NCBI GenBank assembly: GCA_950097015.1
Contig: CATNEN010000001.1
Location: 8,246,001 to 8,310,000 of the forward strand
Direction: 5' to 3'
DNA from: Macrostomum hystrix
Taxonomy: Eukaryota > Animalia > Platyhelminthes
DNA: 64,000 nt
The position numbers were made by a program, and so were the translations under genes. The notes beneath the pieces are model-generated. The model was not told where the DNA came from, did no database searches, and saw only the letters and a program-made list of their open reading frames with translations. Shown here in pieces: positions 35,551 through 48,516 of this stretch (the first letter of the stretch is position 1; every line of letters starts with the position of its first letter).

Positions 35551-38500
35551 CAAATCATTAAATAAATAAATCAATAAATGCTCAGTTAAAGAGTGACTAT
35601 AAGCATGCCACACTTAACTGGTGCCTACGAGAGTCAGTTCCGATGTCGCCGCATTAGAAATCAACAAATGCGAAACAAAAAATTTAATTGCTTTCACTGT
35701 CGATCAATTCTTTTCTTTGATCTCTTTCTGACTTGCTCATGCCATTTTAAAGAACTGACTTACCTGTATTACGTATTACGTATTATGACTTACGTATTAA
35801 CCTGGAAAGTCACCTAGAAAATTTTATCTTTACTCTGACTATGTCAGTACTATATGGCTGTCGTCGGTGTCCCAATAGATTTGAGCACAGTTTATCGAGT
35901 CGGATTCAATTGAAAATCAATCTAGAAATGATTTCCTGCACGACTGAGTTGGTTTCATGATTCAAATGATTTCCACTCGAACTTATTAACCTGGAAAGTC
36001 ACCTAGAAAATTTTATTTTTACTCTGACTATGTCAGTACTATATGGCTGTCGTCGGTGTCGCAATAGATTTGAGCACAGTTTATCGAGTGGGATTCAATT
36101 GAAAATCTATCTAGAAATGATTTCCTACACGACTGAGTTGGTTTCATGATTTCAAACTAACATTTCTACTAACAGTAGACTTTGAGGATATACCCCGAAT
36201 TTTATTTACCTCCCGTCGACCCCCCACCCCAACCCGCGCCCCACACTGGTGGGCCACCAGTGCGCCGCCTGGCCACACTATGCGCCCTCCCACCAGTTAT
36301 CGGTGGGTGGGCGTATAGTGGGGCGTACAGCGGGGCGCTGGTGGGAGGGCGCGGGTTGAGCGCGGGTTGTCCCACCGGGTTGCTTAGCTAAATTGGGATC
36401 TTTTGGCATAACTAAAATGGGATTATTACATAACTAAATTGAGATCCTCGCATAACTAGATTGAGATCATTGCATAACTAGATTGGGATCAAGGCAAACC
36501 AGAATAGGATCGGATACAATCGGATCCCAATTTAGTTGTGCCATGAAAGTTAATAAGTAATAGTGAAATTTATGTAGTTAAATATTAGGTGAATATATAG
36601 CAGGTTGGCTGCATATCATTGGGCCTTGAGATTGTGGTTGAAATAACGTGTTCGCTGCTTTTTCACGATTCAGAGGTTCTTCCACTCTAAAACTGAGGGT
36701 ATGCAGCCATGAGAGGTTTGAAGCAGCTTCAGCAAACCTAGAGACTCTTGTGATAGCTAAGCTTTTTGTGTGACGTTGAGTGCGTGAACTTAACTTGCCC
36801 CAGTGAATGCCTCTGACCAGCAGTGCAGAGTAAAGCAAGCCAACAAGCAGTAGGATTGACACCATTATTCTTGCAGTCAAATGCAATGAACTGTGCAATG
36901 ATACTGTCTTGTTGGCGGAGCCTTCTGCAAGTTCATCATGTTTACTGCTTGTGGGTAATATTTTTAGGTGCAATGCAATTTTTTCTTTTTTCATTGAATT
37001 GAATTCTCTACATTTGGAGTTTGTTTTCTTATAACGTCATAATGATATGTATTTGTATAATAATTATTTTGCCAGATGCTCACTCAATTGTTGTTGTTTT
37101 GTTTTCAATGTGTTTTGCAATTGAAGAAATACAAAAAACGTTTCAGTGGACAAAGACCAGTCCCATGATTCATGAATTTGCACACCTGGTTACCTGCCTT
37201 ATTCTATTTTAAAAGATAAATTGTCAGGCATGCATTTATAATGAAGAATGATACATAATGGATTACTAAGAAAAGAGGTCAGATGAGAAATAGGATCTGA
37301 TCAGAACTGGAATCATTAAGAAAAAGAAAGGAGATTAGAAATTGATCCATTGATATTTAATTAGCCATTGATATTAGCTAACCATCAATGCAAATCTTGC
37401 TAGTCCACTATACTAAAAATGAAATGGTTGCTTGGTTGCTTGCTAGGTTGCTTGTAATTGATTTTCTCCCGAACGGCTCAACCGATTTTCACCATTTCTT
37501 CACTAAAATATGCCAAATATGGGCAGAATTTTACACGTATTTTTATTAAGCTGAACTTTATTGCTAAGGGGATTAAATATTCGAAAAACATTATTTTGTC
37601 AAAGGTCAAACCATCTTGGCCTATTGAGAATTTTACTCACTGCCACTGAATTAGAATTGCATCGTCAAATTGCGCAACAACCCCTAGCTGATTGAATTTG
37701 AAGCCTGCACTCTGGAGACAAATTGGAAATAAATGTACACAACCAACCGCGAGACTGAGTGTACTCTATTTTCTTACTTCATTGTACAAAGCCAGAACTT
37801 TGAGAATTCATTTTATAAGGCTGATTTTTGCGACCACTAACCAACAGTCGGAATAGCCGATGTGTGAGCACTAGGAATAGGTTAGGCTAGGCTAGGGTTC
37901 GATTCTGCACTGCGTCAAATCATTTAGACTATTTTTTCAGCCAGTAGTGAATCTTTGAAGAATATTTGAATTTATTTTTTTCATTTCGTAAATAAAATAT
38001 CATAAATCATAGCAAATCTGAGTTTGAATCATTGCGAAAATAGAGTCTGAATCGTGGCAAAACCAGAGTCTGAATTACTGCTAAACCAGAGTTCGAATCA
38101 TTGCTAAACCAGAGTTCGAATCATTGCTAAACCAGCGATTGAATAATAGCTAAAATTGAGTTTCAATCATGGCTAAACCAGAGTCTGAATCATTGCTAAA
38201 CCAGATTTTGAATCATGGCAAACCAGAGTTTGAATCAGGTCTAAACCATCGTTTGAATCATGGCTAAAGCATCGTTTGAATCATAGCGAACCAGAGTTTG
38301 AATAATGGCAAATCCAGTTTTGCAAAGCCAGTTTTGGTAAAAGTGATACTGATCTGATCACTGATCACTGATATCAGTGATACTGGTTATAACACTGATA
38401 AGAATTTCAGTGTGTCAAATGTACATAACTGTGCCAACCCCACAGCTTTTCTCACTGTCCAGTGTACATTGTGAGCCCACTGCCCCGGAATGTGGACGCA

Positions 38501-38723
38501 CGGGCCTGGGGAGCCCGCACTCCAAATTATCGGTTTTTTAGATTTAGACCCCTGTTTTCTTTATCGATTTTTCAGTTTTTACCCTGGATAATAAAAAGCC
38601 TGCAAATTAGATTGGCTAAAGGGCGCCTTATCTGATTATTCAGACATCCGAATTCACAAACTTTCATCTTTCAAACCATATCATTATTTCTCAATTATTT
38701 ATTTTTGCTCTCATTTCTCAATC

Positions 38724-41700
38724 ATGGTTCGACGAGGCGCCAGCAGTTTAAAGAAGAGCCGCGATGCCAAGCGACGGCGACAGGCAGAATCCGAGGCAGA
38801 GCGGGCTGCCCGACTGGAAGAACAGCGGCAGCGGGATGCTCAGCGCAGACATGCTGAGACTGAGGCAGAGCGGGCTGCCCGACTGGAAGAACAGCGGCAG
38901 CGGGATGCTCAGTGCAGACATGCTGAGACTGAGGCAGAGCGGGCTGCCCGACTGGAAGAACAGCGGCAGCGGGATGCTCAGCGCAGACATGCTGAGACTG
39001 AGGCAGAGCGGGCTGCCCGACTGGAAGAACAGCGGCAGCGGGATGCTCAGTGCAGACATGCTGAGACTGAGGCAGAGCGGGCTGCCCGACTGGAAGAACA
39101 GCGGCAGCGGAATGCTCAGCGCAGAGATGCTGAGACTGAGGCAGAGTGGGCTGCCCGACTGGAGGAACAGCGGCAGCGGAATGCTCAGCGCAGAGATGCT
39201 GAGACTGAGGCAGAGTGGGCTGCCCGACTGGAGGAACAGCGGCTGCGGAATGCTCAGCGCAGACATGCTGAGACTGAGGCAGAGCGGGCTGCCCGACTGG
39301 AAGCCGATCGCATTCGTCGCCGTGGAGCTGTGGTTTCTAGGTGAGTTTTTAGCAAAGTTTTATAACAAGTCTTTATTTTGTTTTTTTCTTAATTGCCTTG
39401 AAGGGGATAATTTTTTGTATCCGTTTGTTTTAAAAAGCCAATTAAGGGAGCTGTGCTTACGTTCACTCATTGCCCGTTAGGTCGGACACGCAGCAGCAAG
39501 GTACGGAAGCTATTGTACCCTTTGAGCAGTTGCAGGTAATCCCCATTGTTGGTGATGGCAATTGCTTCTTTTATGCCGTGTGTGATCAGCTGCGTGGAAC
39601 CCCGCTGGAAACTGACGCAGCCTCCTTGCGGCAGGATTTGTCTTGCCGTGTTGCAGAACTCATGCCACAGTTGGTTGCAGATGGCCTTATTGCACCTGAG
39701 AGTGCTGATGACATTGTGAATTGCTCTTTTCAAACAGGAACTTATGTTTCAGATGAAGTTGCCTCTTTGTTTAGCCGCTGCTTTAATGTGGACCTGGTCA
39801 TTTACCAGGCCAATGGTAGTGTGATGCAGTATTTCAGGGCTAATCTGCATCCTCCTAATGCCATTGTGCGTGTGCTTTTGCGCCATGAACATTACGAGTC
39901 ACTGAGACTTCGAGAGCCTTTGCAAGCCTTTACAGATGCTGAGTTCCCGTGCCTGGCAGCTAGCAGAACTCCTGCCAAGAGGGCCAAGAAAGCCAAGGGC
40001 CCGAGAGCGATGCCGGCAGAACATGAGACTGCGGGCCGCGCTGAAGACGGACCCGCTACTGCAAGGTAAACTGACACACAATTAACAGTTACATTTACAT
40101 TTAACAGTTACTAAGAGATACATTCCATTTTTATTATCAGGCCTGAGACGATGGCGAGGCCAGAAGCTCCAGCCCATGACTGCGGGCCAATGGACTGGGC
40201 ATGCAACCATTGCGGTGCCAAGCTGTTCCGCATGGAGACAGGCAATTTCTGCTGTGCTGGCGGCAAGGTGAAGCTGCCCACCCGGACTGTGCCACAGCTG
40301 CTGGCTGACCTGTACATGGGCCGGCATGGCATGAGCTCAGAGTTCCTGACCAACATCCGGAGCTACAACTCTGTGCTGCACCTGACCTCGCTGAGTGCCA
40401 AGCCGCGGTTGGTGCCAGGCTGGAATCCCAGCTACATCATCAGCGGTCAGCTGCACCACACTGCTATGCCGCTGTTTGCTGAAGCGTCTGCTGTTCCTCG
40501 CGGCTGGCAGGTGTACTTCACTGACCGCGAACTCGAAAGCCAGCAGAGTCTGAGCGATAGGGTGAAGCCAGAGCTACATGAGCTGCTACAGACGTTGCTT
40601 CACGAGTGCAACCTTTACGTTCGGAGCCTGAAGGCTGCAGCACAGCGGATCATGGAGGATCCGGAGCTTGTGGATGCGCGAATCGTGATTCACCCGGACC
40701 GAAGACCTTCTGGGGAACACATTCGGTGAGCTAACAATAACTGAAAAGGGATTCGAACACATTTTAAAACCTGTCTTTTAAAGCTTTGTGCCTGTGTACA
40801 CAGGAATGTTTACCGTTGTAAAGAGTTTTGTTAAAAGCATTTGTTACTACCGTTCAAAATCAGGCGCTACAATTTGCCCACGGCAAACGAGGTCGGCATC
40901 CTCATTGTTAAGGACACTGAGGACACTGAGGCCCCTGAAGACGGTGATGAGCCAGCAACTAGCCGAGATGTTGTCATTCAACTGCGGGGTGGCGGCTACA
41001 AGAGGATTAGCAAAACGCACCGATCGTATGATGCACTGGAGTACGTGTTGCTGTTCCCCCATGGCGAGGACGGCTGGCACCCGGAGCTGCGCATGAGCAA
41101 TGGCCGCAAGCTGACGCCGATGAAGTACTATGCCAGCGAAATCATGGTGCGACGGGCCAGAGCAGCCTGCTGCACCACGGACGGAGGCTGTTCCAGCAGT
41201 ACCTGGTGGACATGTGCGCCAAGATTGAGTCAGAGAGGCTGCTCTATCTGCGGACCCATCAGAGCGATCTGCGCAGTGAGACGTACAGCGGTCTGCGAGA
41301 CGCTCTATTCGCTGCTGATGGCAGGTCGACCGACACAAATCCGACTGATATTGGCAAGCCTGCGCACGTGTTCCTGTCCTCCAGCTTCGTTGGCGGGCCA
41401 AGGTACCTGATGGAGAGGCTGCAAGACGCCATGACCTATGTACAAAAGTTTGGCAAGCCGGACCTGTTTGTCACGGCGACGTGCAACCCTAAGTGGCCGG
41501 AAATCAGTGCACAGCTGCTGCCTGGACAGCGACCTGAGGACCGGCCGGATATTGTCACGCGTGTTTTCGAGCTGAAGAAGAAGGCTCTGCTTGCCGAGCT
41601 GAGGAAGCGCTTTGGAAAGGAGGCCGCGCATGTTTGCTCTCTGGAATATCAGAAGCGCGGTAAGTTAGCAAATTGCGCTTTCAATTTTCATTCTGTAATT

Positions 41701-44700
41701 GCATTCCAGGTTTAGCAATCCATATTTTTATGCAAGGGGTCATTGCAAACCGGAATTAAGCTCTGGTTTAGCCATGATTCAAACTCCAGTTTCTCCATGA
41801 TTCAAACTCCGCTTTCTCTACGATGCAAACGCTGGTTTAGAATTTTAATTAATTTACATGACTAAATTGTGATCACTCATACGTCGCTTTGAATCACTTG
41901 TTTATGTCTTCCACAGGTCTCCCCCATGTGCACTTTCTGCTCTGGCTGGTCAGTGGACAGAGAGTGACTCCGGACCGCTACGACAAAATCGTGTCCGCTG
42001 AGATCCCGGACCCACAGCAGCAGCCGAGGCTGCACGAGCTGGTGAAGACTCACATGATCCATGGCCCCTGCGGCGTGGTAAATCCAGCCTGCCCGTGCAT
42101 GGTGGACGGCCAGTGCAGCAAGGGCTTCCCGAAGGAGTTCCAGCAGGCGACCCTAACCAGCGATACTGGCTACCCATTGTATCGCAGGCTGTCCCCTGAG
42201 ATGGGCGGATTTACGGTGGACAAACTATTCAAAGGCCGCAGCATTCGCATGGACAACAGGTGAGTGAGGAGGTGTTGGTGTTTTTTCAGACTTGATTGAA
42301 AGGTTGATTCTTTAATACGAAAGCAAAGTACTTAGTTTAGCCTTGTGTTTAGTTTATTTATATTGCTAAATTGTTTATTTACTGTAAGTTTAATTTACCA
42401 TTGCTAGAATACATAAATCATTAATTAGCAATTCTTTTCCTGGCACAAATACAGGTGGGTTGTACCATACAACCCGGGCCTGCTGCTCCTTTTCGAATGC
42501 CACATGAACTTTGAAGTTTGTGCCACCGTCAAGTCGGTCAAGTACGTGATCAAGTACTTGCTAAAAGGCGGCGACATGGCGTCGTTCAAGTTCGAGGCAA
42601 ACAAGAAGCCGAGCGGGCCAGGAGAGCAGGCTGCGGATGGCGAACGACAGGAAGGTTCAGCTAGCAAGGCTCCGACTCAAGCCAAGAAGGAAGGGCGAAA
42701 TGAGATCAAGGAGTATCTGCTGGCGCGCTACATAGGCCCAATGGAAGCCGTGAATACCATCTTGGGCTTTGAAGTAAGTCATAGATGTTTGCAAGGCAGT
42801 GCTAGGAGCAAAGAATGGGAAAATAATGATATGGTTTTTAAACTAAAACACAACAGGTGCACAACAGATTTCCGGCTGTGATCCGATTGTGCGTGCACAA
42901 GTCTAACGAGCAGCTCGTGTATTTCAACGAGCAAAATGCGAGCACAAAGGCCAGGGCGCCCAGAGATTCGACGCTGACGGCTTTCTTCAAGCTGTGCCGC
43001 ACTGATGAATTCGCTAGAGGCCTGGTGTACACCGAGGTGCCGTCCTACTTCGTGTGGCACCACAGCGAGAGGGAGTGGCGCCGCGCCAAGAAGGGTTCGA
43101 GAGTTAAGGGCCACCCTGGTGTTGTGCACAACACGAACATTGCCCGAATGTACACGGTGAGTCCGAGAGCAGGGGATCTGTTTTATATGCGAATGCTCCT
43201 CCTGCAGGTTAGAGGGCCAACCAGCTTCGAGGCGCTGCACACTGTGGACGGAGTGCTGTGTCCCAGCGCCAAGGCTGCTTGCACGGCCCTGGGTCTGCTG
43301 CAACGAGACGACCACTGGCGGCGCTGCCTAGCCGAGGCAGTCCAGTCGCGAATGCCGAGAGCTCTCAGGCACCTGCTGGCTGTCATTCTGATTTGGGGCA
43401 ACCCTGAGGATGGCAGCGATCTGTGGTGCACATTCGCCGAGGATCTGTGCGAGGACCTGCGGTTTCACCACCGAGATCTGAGCGCTGAGGAAATCACCGA
43501 CCTGGCGCTGCGCGAGCTGCAGAGCATGCTGACCTCCATGGGCGGTCACAGCCTGCCCGAGTACGGCTTGCCTGCGGCCTCCGTGCCGCCTCAAGTCGGA
43601 CCGATGCAGTTCGACCCGGTTGAACAGGCGAGATCCGGGAAGCGAGACTGTCAATGCTGACGGAGGAGCAGATTGCGGTGTACGAGTCGGTGACTGCGGA
43701 TCTTGTGGCCGGCTCGGGCGGTTTGCACTTCCTGGACGCGCCCGCTGGCACTGGCAAGACCTTCCTGCTGGAGGTTTTGCTGGCCTTTGTGCGCAGCCGC
43801 GGTGAACTCGCCCTGGCAGTTGCGGCGTCTGGAATCGCAGCGACTCTGCTGCCAGGCGGACAGACTGCGCATTCCACGTAAGTTTTTTAGATTAGGGGAA
43901 TGCTTCTGAATTTTATAGAGTCGCGTTTCTAATCGATTCTACCTATGACAACTTCACTCTAGGTTCAAGATCCCAGTCCGGCTGCTCCGATCCAACAAGG
44001 ATGTCTGCGCTGTTGGCGCGCAGTCCAAGCAAGCGGAAGTGTTTCGTAGAGTTCGGCTGATTGTCTGGGACGAGATCTCCATGACCAATCGAAAGGATCT
44101 GGAATCCGTGGACAGGTGTCTGCGAGACGTTCGGAAGCAGGACAAGCCATTTGGAGGAGTCACTCTGGTGTGTTCCGGTGACTTCCGCCAGCTCCTGCCT
44201 GTCGTAGTGAATGGAACCCGCGCCAACAGCGTCATGGCGTGTGTCTGCAGATCTTCGCTGTGGAAACTTTTCAAGCGACATCGCTTGACGAGAAACATTC
44301 GTCTGCTGTGCAGCTCCGAGCCAGCGATGTACCAGAAGTTCACGGAGCTACTCATGCAGGTGAGAATGGGGTGTAAAATCATTCGAATCTCGCGAATCAT
44401 TGCGAATATTATGTTTCATGTTTTTATTGCTTTTCTTTTCACAGATCGGAACCGGGACAATCGAGCAGGATGCTGAGGAGAAGGTGTCCCTTCCCGCTGA
44501 GATGGTGATTTCTGCAGAGGCTCCGCTGAATGACCTGATCAAGTTCGTGTACCCGTCGTTTGAAGAATCAGCGGAGCGGGACGACTATTTTGCAAGTCGA
44601 GCGATACTGGCGCCGTACAACGACTCTGTTGATGCCATCAACGAGACGTGTCTGGGCATTTTCCCGGGTTGCCTGCGAGAGTATCGCTCTGTAGACAGCC

Positions 44701-45209
44701 TGGCTGATGAGGAGGCCGCTACGCATTTCCCGACGGAGTTGCTAAACCAGCTGGATGCCCCGAATTTTCCAACTTATCTGCTCAGGATCAAGGTGGGCAT
44801 GCCGCTGGTGCTTCTTCGGAATATCAACCCGCCGCGGCTGTGCAACGGTACACGGCTCATCGTTCTCACGATGGGCGATAATGTGCTGCGCTGCAAGATT
44901 GCCGCCGGTCAGTTCACTGGAGACGAGATCCTGCTGCCGCGAATTCCGCTGATTCCAAACAATGCGGATCTACCAGTGAGTTTCAAGCGGCTGCAGTTTC
45001 CTGTGAAGTCGAGCTTCTGCCTTACAATACACAAAGCACAAGGACAATCCCTGGAGACCGTTGGAGTTGACCTGGCTGTCGGTTGCTTCACTCATGGTCA
45101 GCTGTACACGGCGCTGTCACGGGCGAAGAACGCCGCGAATGTTCGCGTCCGGGTTTCCGGAACCAAGACCAGGAACGTGGTGTATCCAGAAGTGCTCACT
45201 GGAGATTAA
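38724..45209 (+). CDS. RepHel: Helitron RepHel (helical repeats-OTU-Zn finger-HUH Rep-Pif1 helicase), 9 exons, two frameshifts (~41150, ~43640)
   Basis: Exons 38724-39340, 39481-40065, 40141-40725, 40864-41659, 41917-42259, 42455-42773, 42857-43877, 43963-44359, 44445-45209. Motifs GDGNCFF..HYESL, CNHC..CC, FVTATCNPKWPEI, EYQKRGLPHVH, KYVIKY, PAGTGKT, WDEISM, GDFRQLLPV, CNGTRL, TIHKAQGQSL, HGQLYTALSR. Confidence 0.95.
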
Positions 45210-45515
45210 GCGATTTCCAGGCGTCATTGAAGTGAGTATTACTTGTGTCTTTTTTGTCTGTGAGTGTTGCATTGGTATCTGTGTTTAATAGTGGTCACAA
45301 GTAGTTTATCCTGATATGTAAATGGCCCGCTGAGACATATCAGGCAAATCCTGCTTTATTCACCTAATAAATTCAAATTAGATGGGATCATAATGGAATT
45401 GAGATCAGGGATTACCTAGGCAAAATGATTAGCTAAATTGGGTTCATTGCATAACAGAACTGAGATTGTTGCTTAACTAAATTGTGTTTGTGGCATAACA
45501 GAACTGAGCATAACA

Positions 45516-46718
45516 GATCCCAATCCTAAACTCACAGAATCTCTTAGATCCCAATCCTAAATTCATAGAATCTCTTAGATCCCAATCCTAAATTCATGGG
45601 ATCTCTTAGATCCCAATCCTAAATTCACAGAATCTCTTAGATCCCAATCCTAAATTCATAGAATCTCTTAGATCCCAATCCTAAATTCATAGAATCTCTT
45701 AGATCCCAATCCTAAATTCATGGAATCTCTTAGATCCCAATCCTAAATTCACAGAATCTCTTAGATCCCAATCCTAAATTCACAGAATCTCTTAGATCCC
45801 AATCCTAAATTCATAGAATCTCTTATATCCCAATGCTAAATTCATAGAATCTCTTAGATCCCAATCCTAAATTCATTGAATCTCTTAGATCCCAATCCTA
45901 AATTCACAGAATCTCTTAGATCCCAATCCTAAATTCATAGAATCTCTTGAATCCCAATCCTAAATTCACAGAATTTCTTAGATCCCAATCCTAAATTCAT
46001 AGAATCTCTTGAATCCCAATCCTAAATTCACAGAATCTCTTAGATCCCAATGCTAAATTCACAGAATCTCTTAGATCCCAATCCTAAATTCACAGAATCT
46101 CTTAGATCCCAATCCTAAATTCACAGAATCTCTTAGATCCCAATCCTAAATTCACAGAATCTCTTAGATCCCAATTCTAAATTCACAGAATCTCTTAGAT
46201 CCCAATCCTAAATTCACAGAATCTCTTAGATCCCAATCCTAAATTCACAGAATCTCTTATATCCCAATCCTAAATTCATAGAATCTCTTAGATCCCAATC
46301 CTAAATTCACAGAATCTCTTAGATCCCAATTCTAAATTCACAGAATCTCTTAGATCCCAATCCTAAATTCACAGAATCTCTTAGATCCCAATCCTAAATT
46401 CACAGAATCTCTTATATCCCAATCCTAAATTCATAGAATCTCTTAGATCCCAATCCTAAATTCACAGAATCTCTTAGATCCCAATCCTAAATTCACAGAA
46501 TCTCTTAGATCCCAATCCTAAATTCACAGAATCTCTTAGATCCCAATGCTAAATTCACAGAATCTCTTAGATCCCAATCCTAAATTCACAGAATCTCTTA
46601 GATCCCAATCCTAAATTCATAGAATCTCTTAGATCCCAATCCTAAATTCACAGAATCTCTTAGATCCCAATCCTAAATTCATAGAATCTCTTAGATCCCA
46701 ATCCTAAATTTACAGAAT
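45516..46718 (+). repeat. 31-bp satellite (atcccaatcctaaattcacagaatctcttag), ~39 copies
   Basis: Directly visible; interrupts the 43-bp repeat region. Confidence 0.95.
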
Positions 46719-48516
46719 GCAAATTCATTAAAGCAATGAATCCTAAATAATTGCTTAGCTAAATTGTGTTTGTGGCGTAACAGAAGTGAGATCATTGCTT
46801 AGCCTAATTGGGTTCATTGCATAACAGAACTAAGATCATTGCTTAGCGTAATTGGGATCATTTGGCATAACTAAGTTGGGATCCTTGCATACTAAATTGG
46901 GATCATAGCAAACCAGAATTGGAATTATCGCATAATGAAATTGGGTGTCTAATGAAACAAAAGTCAAAAAATGTATGTTCTTATGTCTGCATTATTTGAC
47001 AGGAGTATTATATTTAACATTTATAAGCCCTGCAAAATGCTGTGAATGCATACAAAAGCAATTTATCCATTTTTAGAGTCAGCTGCAGAAGAATGCCTGT
47101 TTAAGAGTGCCGATTGATTTGCCATTAAGAATGAACATTCGCACCTGTCTGTCCACACACAGCTGGCCGAAATCACCGGCCACGTTTGACGATGAGTATA
47201 CTAAAGGCCAGAGTGGATTGTCCAACAAAGCAGGATTATCCTGCTGAAAAGCCACGGGTTGATTGAATAATAGCGCCTATAACTAAGGGAAATCCCCATT
47301 AAACACTAAAAAGTTTCCACGGGCGCCAGAGTCGAGAAATCAATTCTGCTCACCACTTTCGCTTCCCATGAGAAGATACTTCTCATCGCTTTCGCACTCT
47401 ATTGCCAAAATGTTCAAGAAGGGGAAGTGAACTTTCTCGAAGTGAAGCTGCCCCGTGCGAATTATACTAGCATAGATAATTGATGATTATTTGTGATTAT
47501 TATTGAACCATCAGAAATGCTGAACCTGTTGGATGCCCCGCACTTTCCAGGGCACCTTTTTAAGTTGGAAGTTGGGTATGCCTGTTGTGCATGGTTTGAA
47601 TGGCACATCAGACTCATTCATGAGAACTGCGCTGTCAGAATTGTATGGCTGGTGCTGACAGGAATAAATATGAGCAAATCAGTGTGGAGTTAATCTGTGT
47701 GGTGCCTTTCAGACTTCGGGCGACCCTCCAGCTCAGAGTAGCCGCGAGCTGATTGGCGTAGCCGCGAGAGGGGTAGAAAAACTGCAGACCTCAGGCGCTC
47801 GCTGATTGGCTAAGACTCGAGCCTTGGCGTTGGGGTTGGCTCCCACTCAGGCCGGTAGGCATATGTGAAGTTGACTCATCTCCCCCAGTGCACACCAGCT
47901 GTTGTTCTCTCACTCATATTGTTGATCGGGCACGTTGTACTCCAGGTAGCTGTAATAAACTTTGCACTAATTACATGCTGTGTACACCGGTGTGTGAGAC
48001 AATCAAAACCGACTGTGGCAATATCAAAGCTGATTTTGATTGGCTGGGAGCTTAATTGAGGTTGTCTAATCCAATTCAAAGCCGCCAACTTTCGCTCGCT
48101 GCTGTGCTCTCTAAATATTTGTCTATGCGTGAGTCATCACACTTTTCAGAGGGGTGTCGATTTGGGGTGGTGCCTACATAATGAGCACTGGTAATAAAAG
48201 TTGGCGCATTTGATATCTCACGACTTTGTCCTGCATCGTGCTGTAAGCTACACAACGCTTTTCAAAGCTTCTACTGTTGTGTGAGTATTTTTCATTTTTG
48301 GACTGATCTTATTTAATCGAAGCAATTGTCTTAGTCAAGCTATTAGTAATACAATCGAAAGAACGAATTGATTCACTTAATATAGAGTTTGAAGATATTG
48401 TTTTCAGAAGTGTATAAGCCGGAGTTATCATAATTAGTCTATTAAAAGACAATTAGTCTTAACTCAGACTCTAACTTGACTGTTTTATTTTCTGTTCCTC
48501 TGCTATCTAACGAGCA

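Larger units (their letters stand above)
24821..36379. mobile_element. 11.6-kb non-autonomous TIR DNA transposon (EnSpm/CMC-like) carrying ETS, polyQ and Hes-like genes
   Basis: Perfect 12-bp TIRs CCCGGTGGGACA (24821-24832) and TGTCCCACCGGG (36368-36379); TT on both flanks; removing it restores the host repeat gagatcattgcttagctaaattggg; subterminal motifs and longer inverted arms; no transposase seen. Confidence 0.85.
20345..37403 (+). mobile_element. Helitron array unit 2 (non-autonomous, ~17 kb)
   Basis: Starts TCTATCTTATATAATATACTAAAAATGAA, ends CTTGCTAG; left arm shared with 37404 and 59136; no RepHel. Confidence 0.85.
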
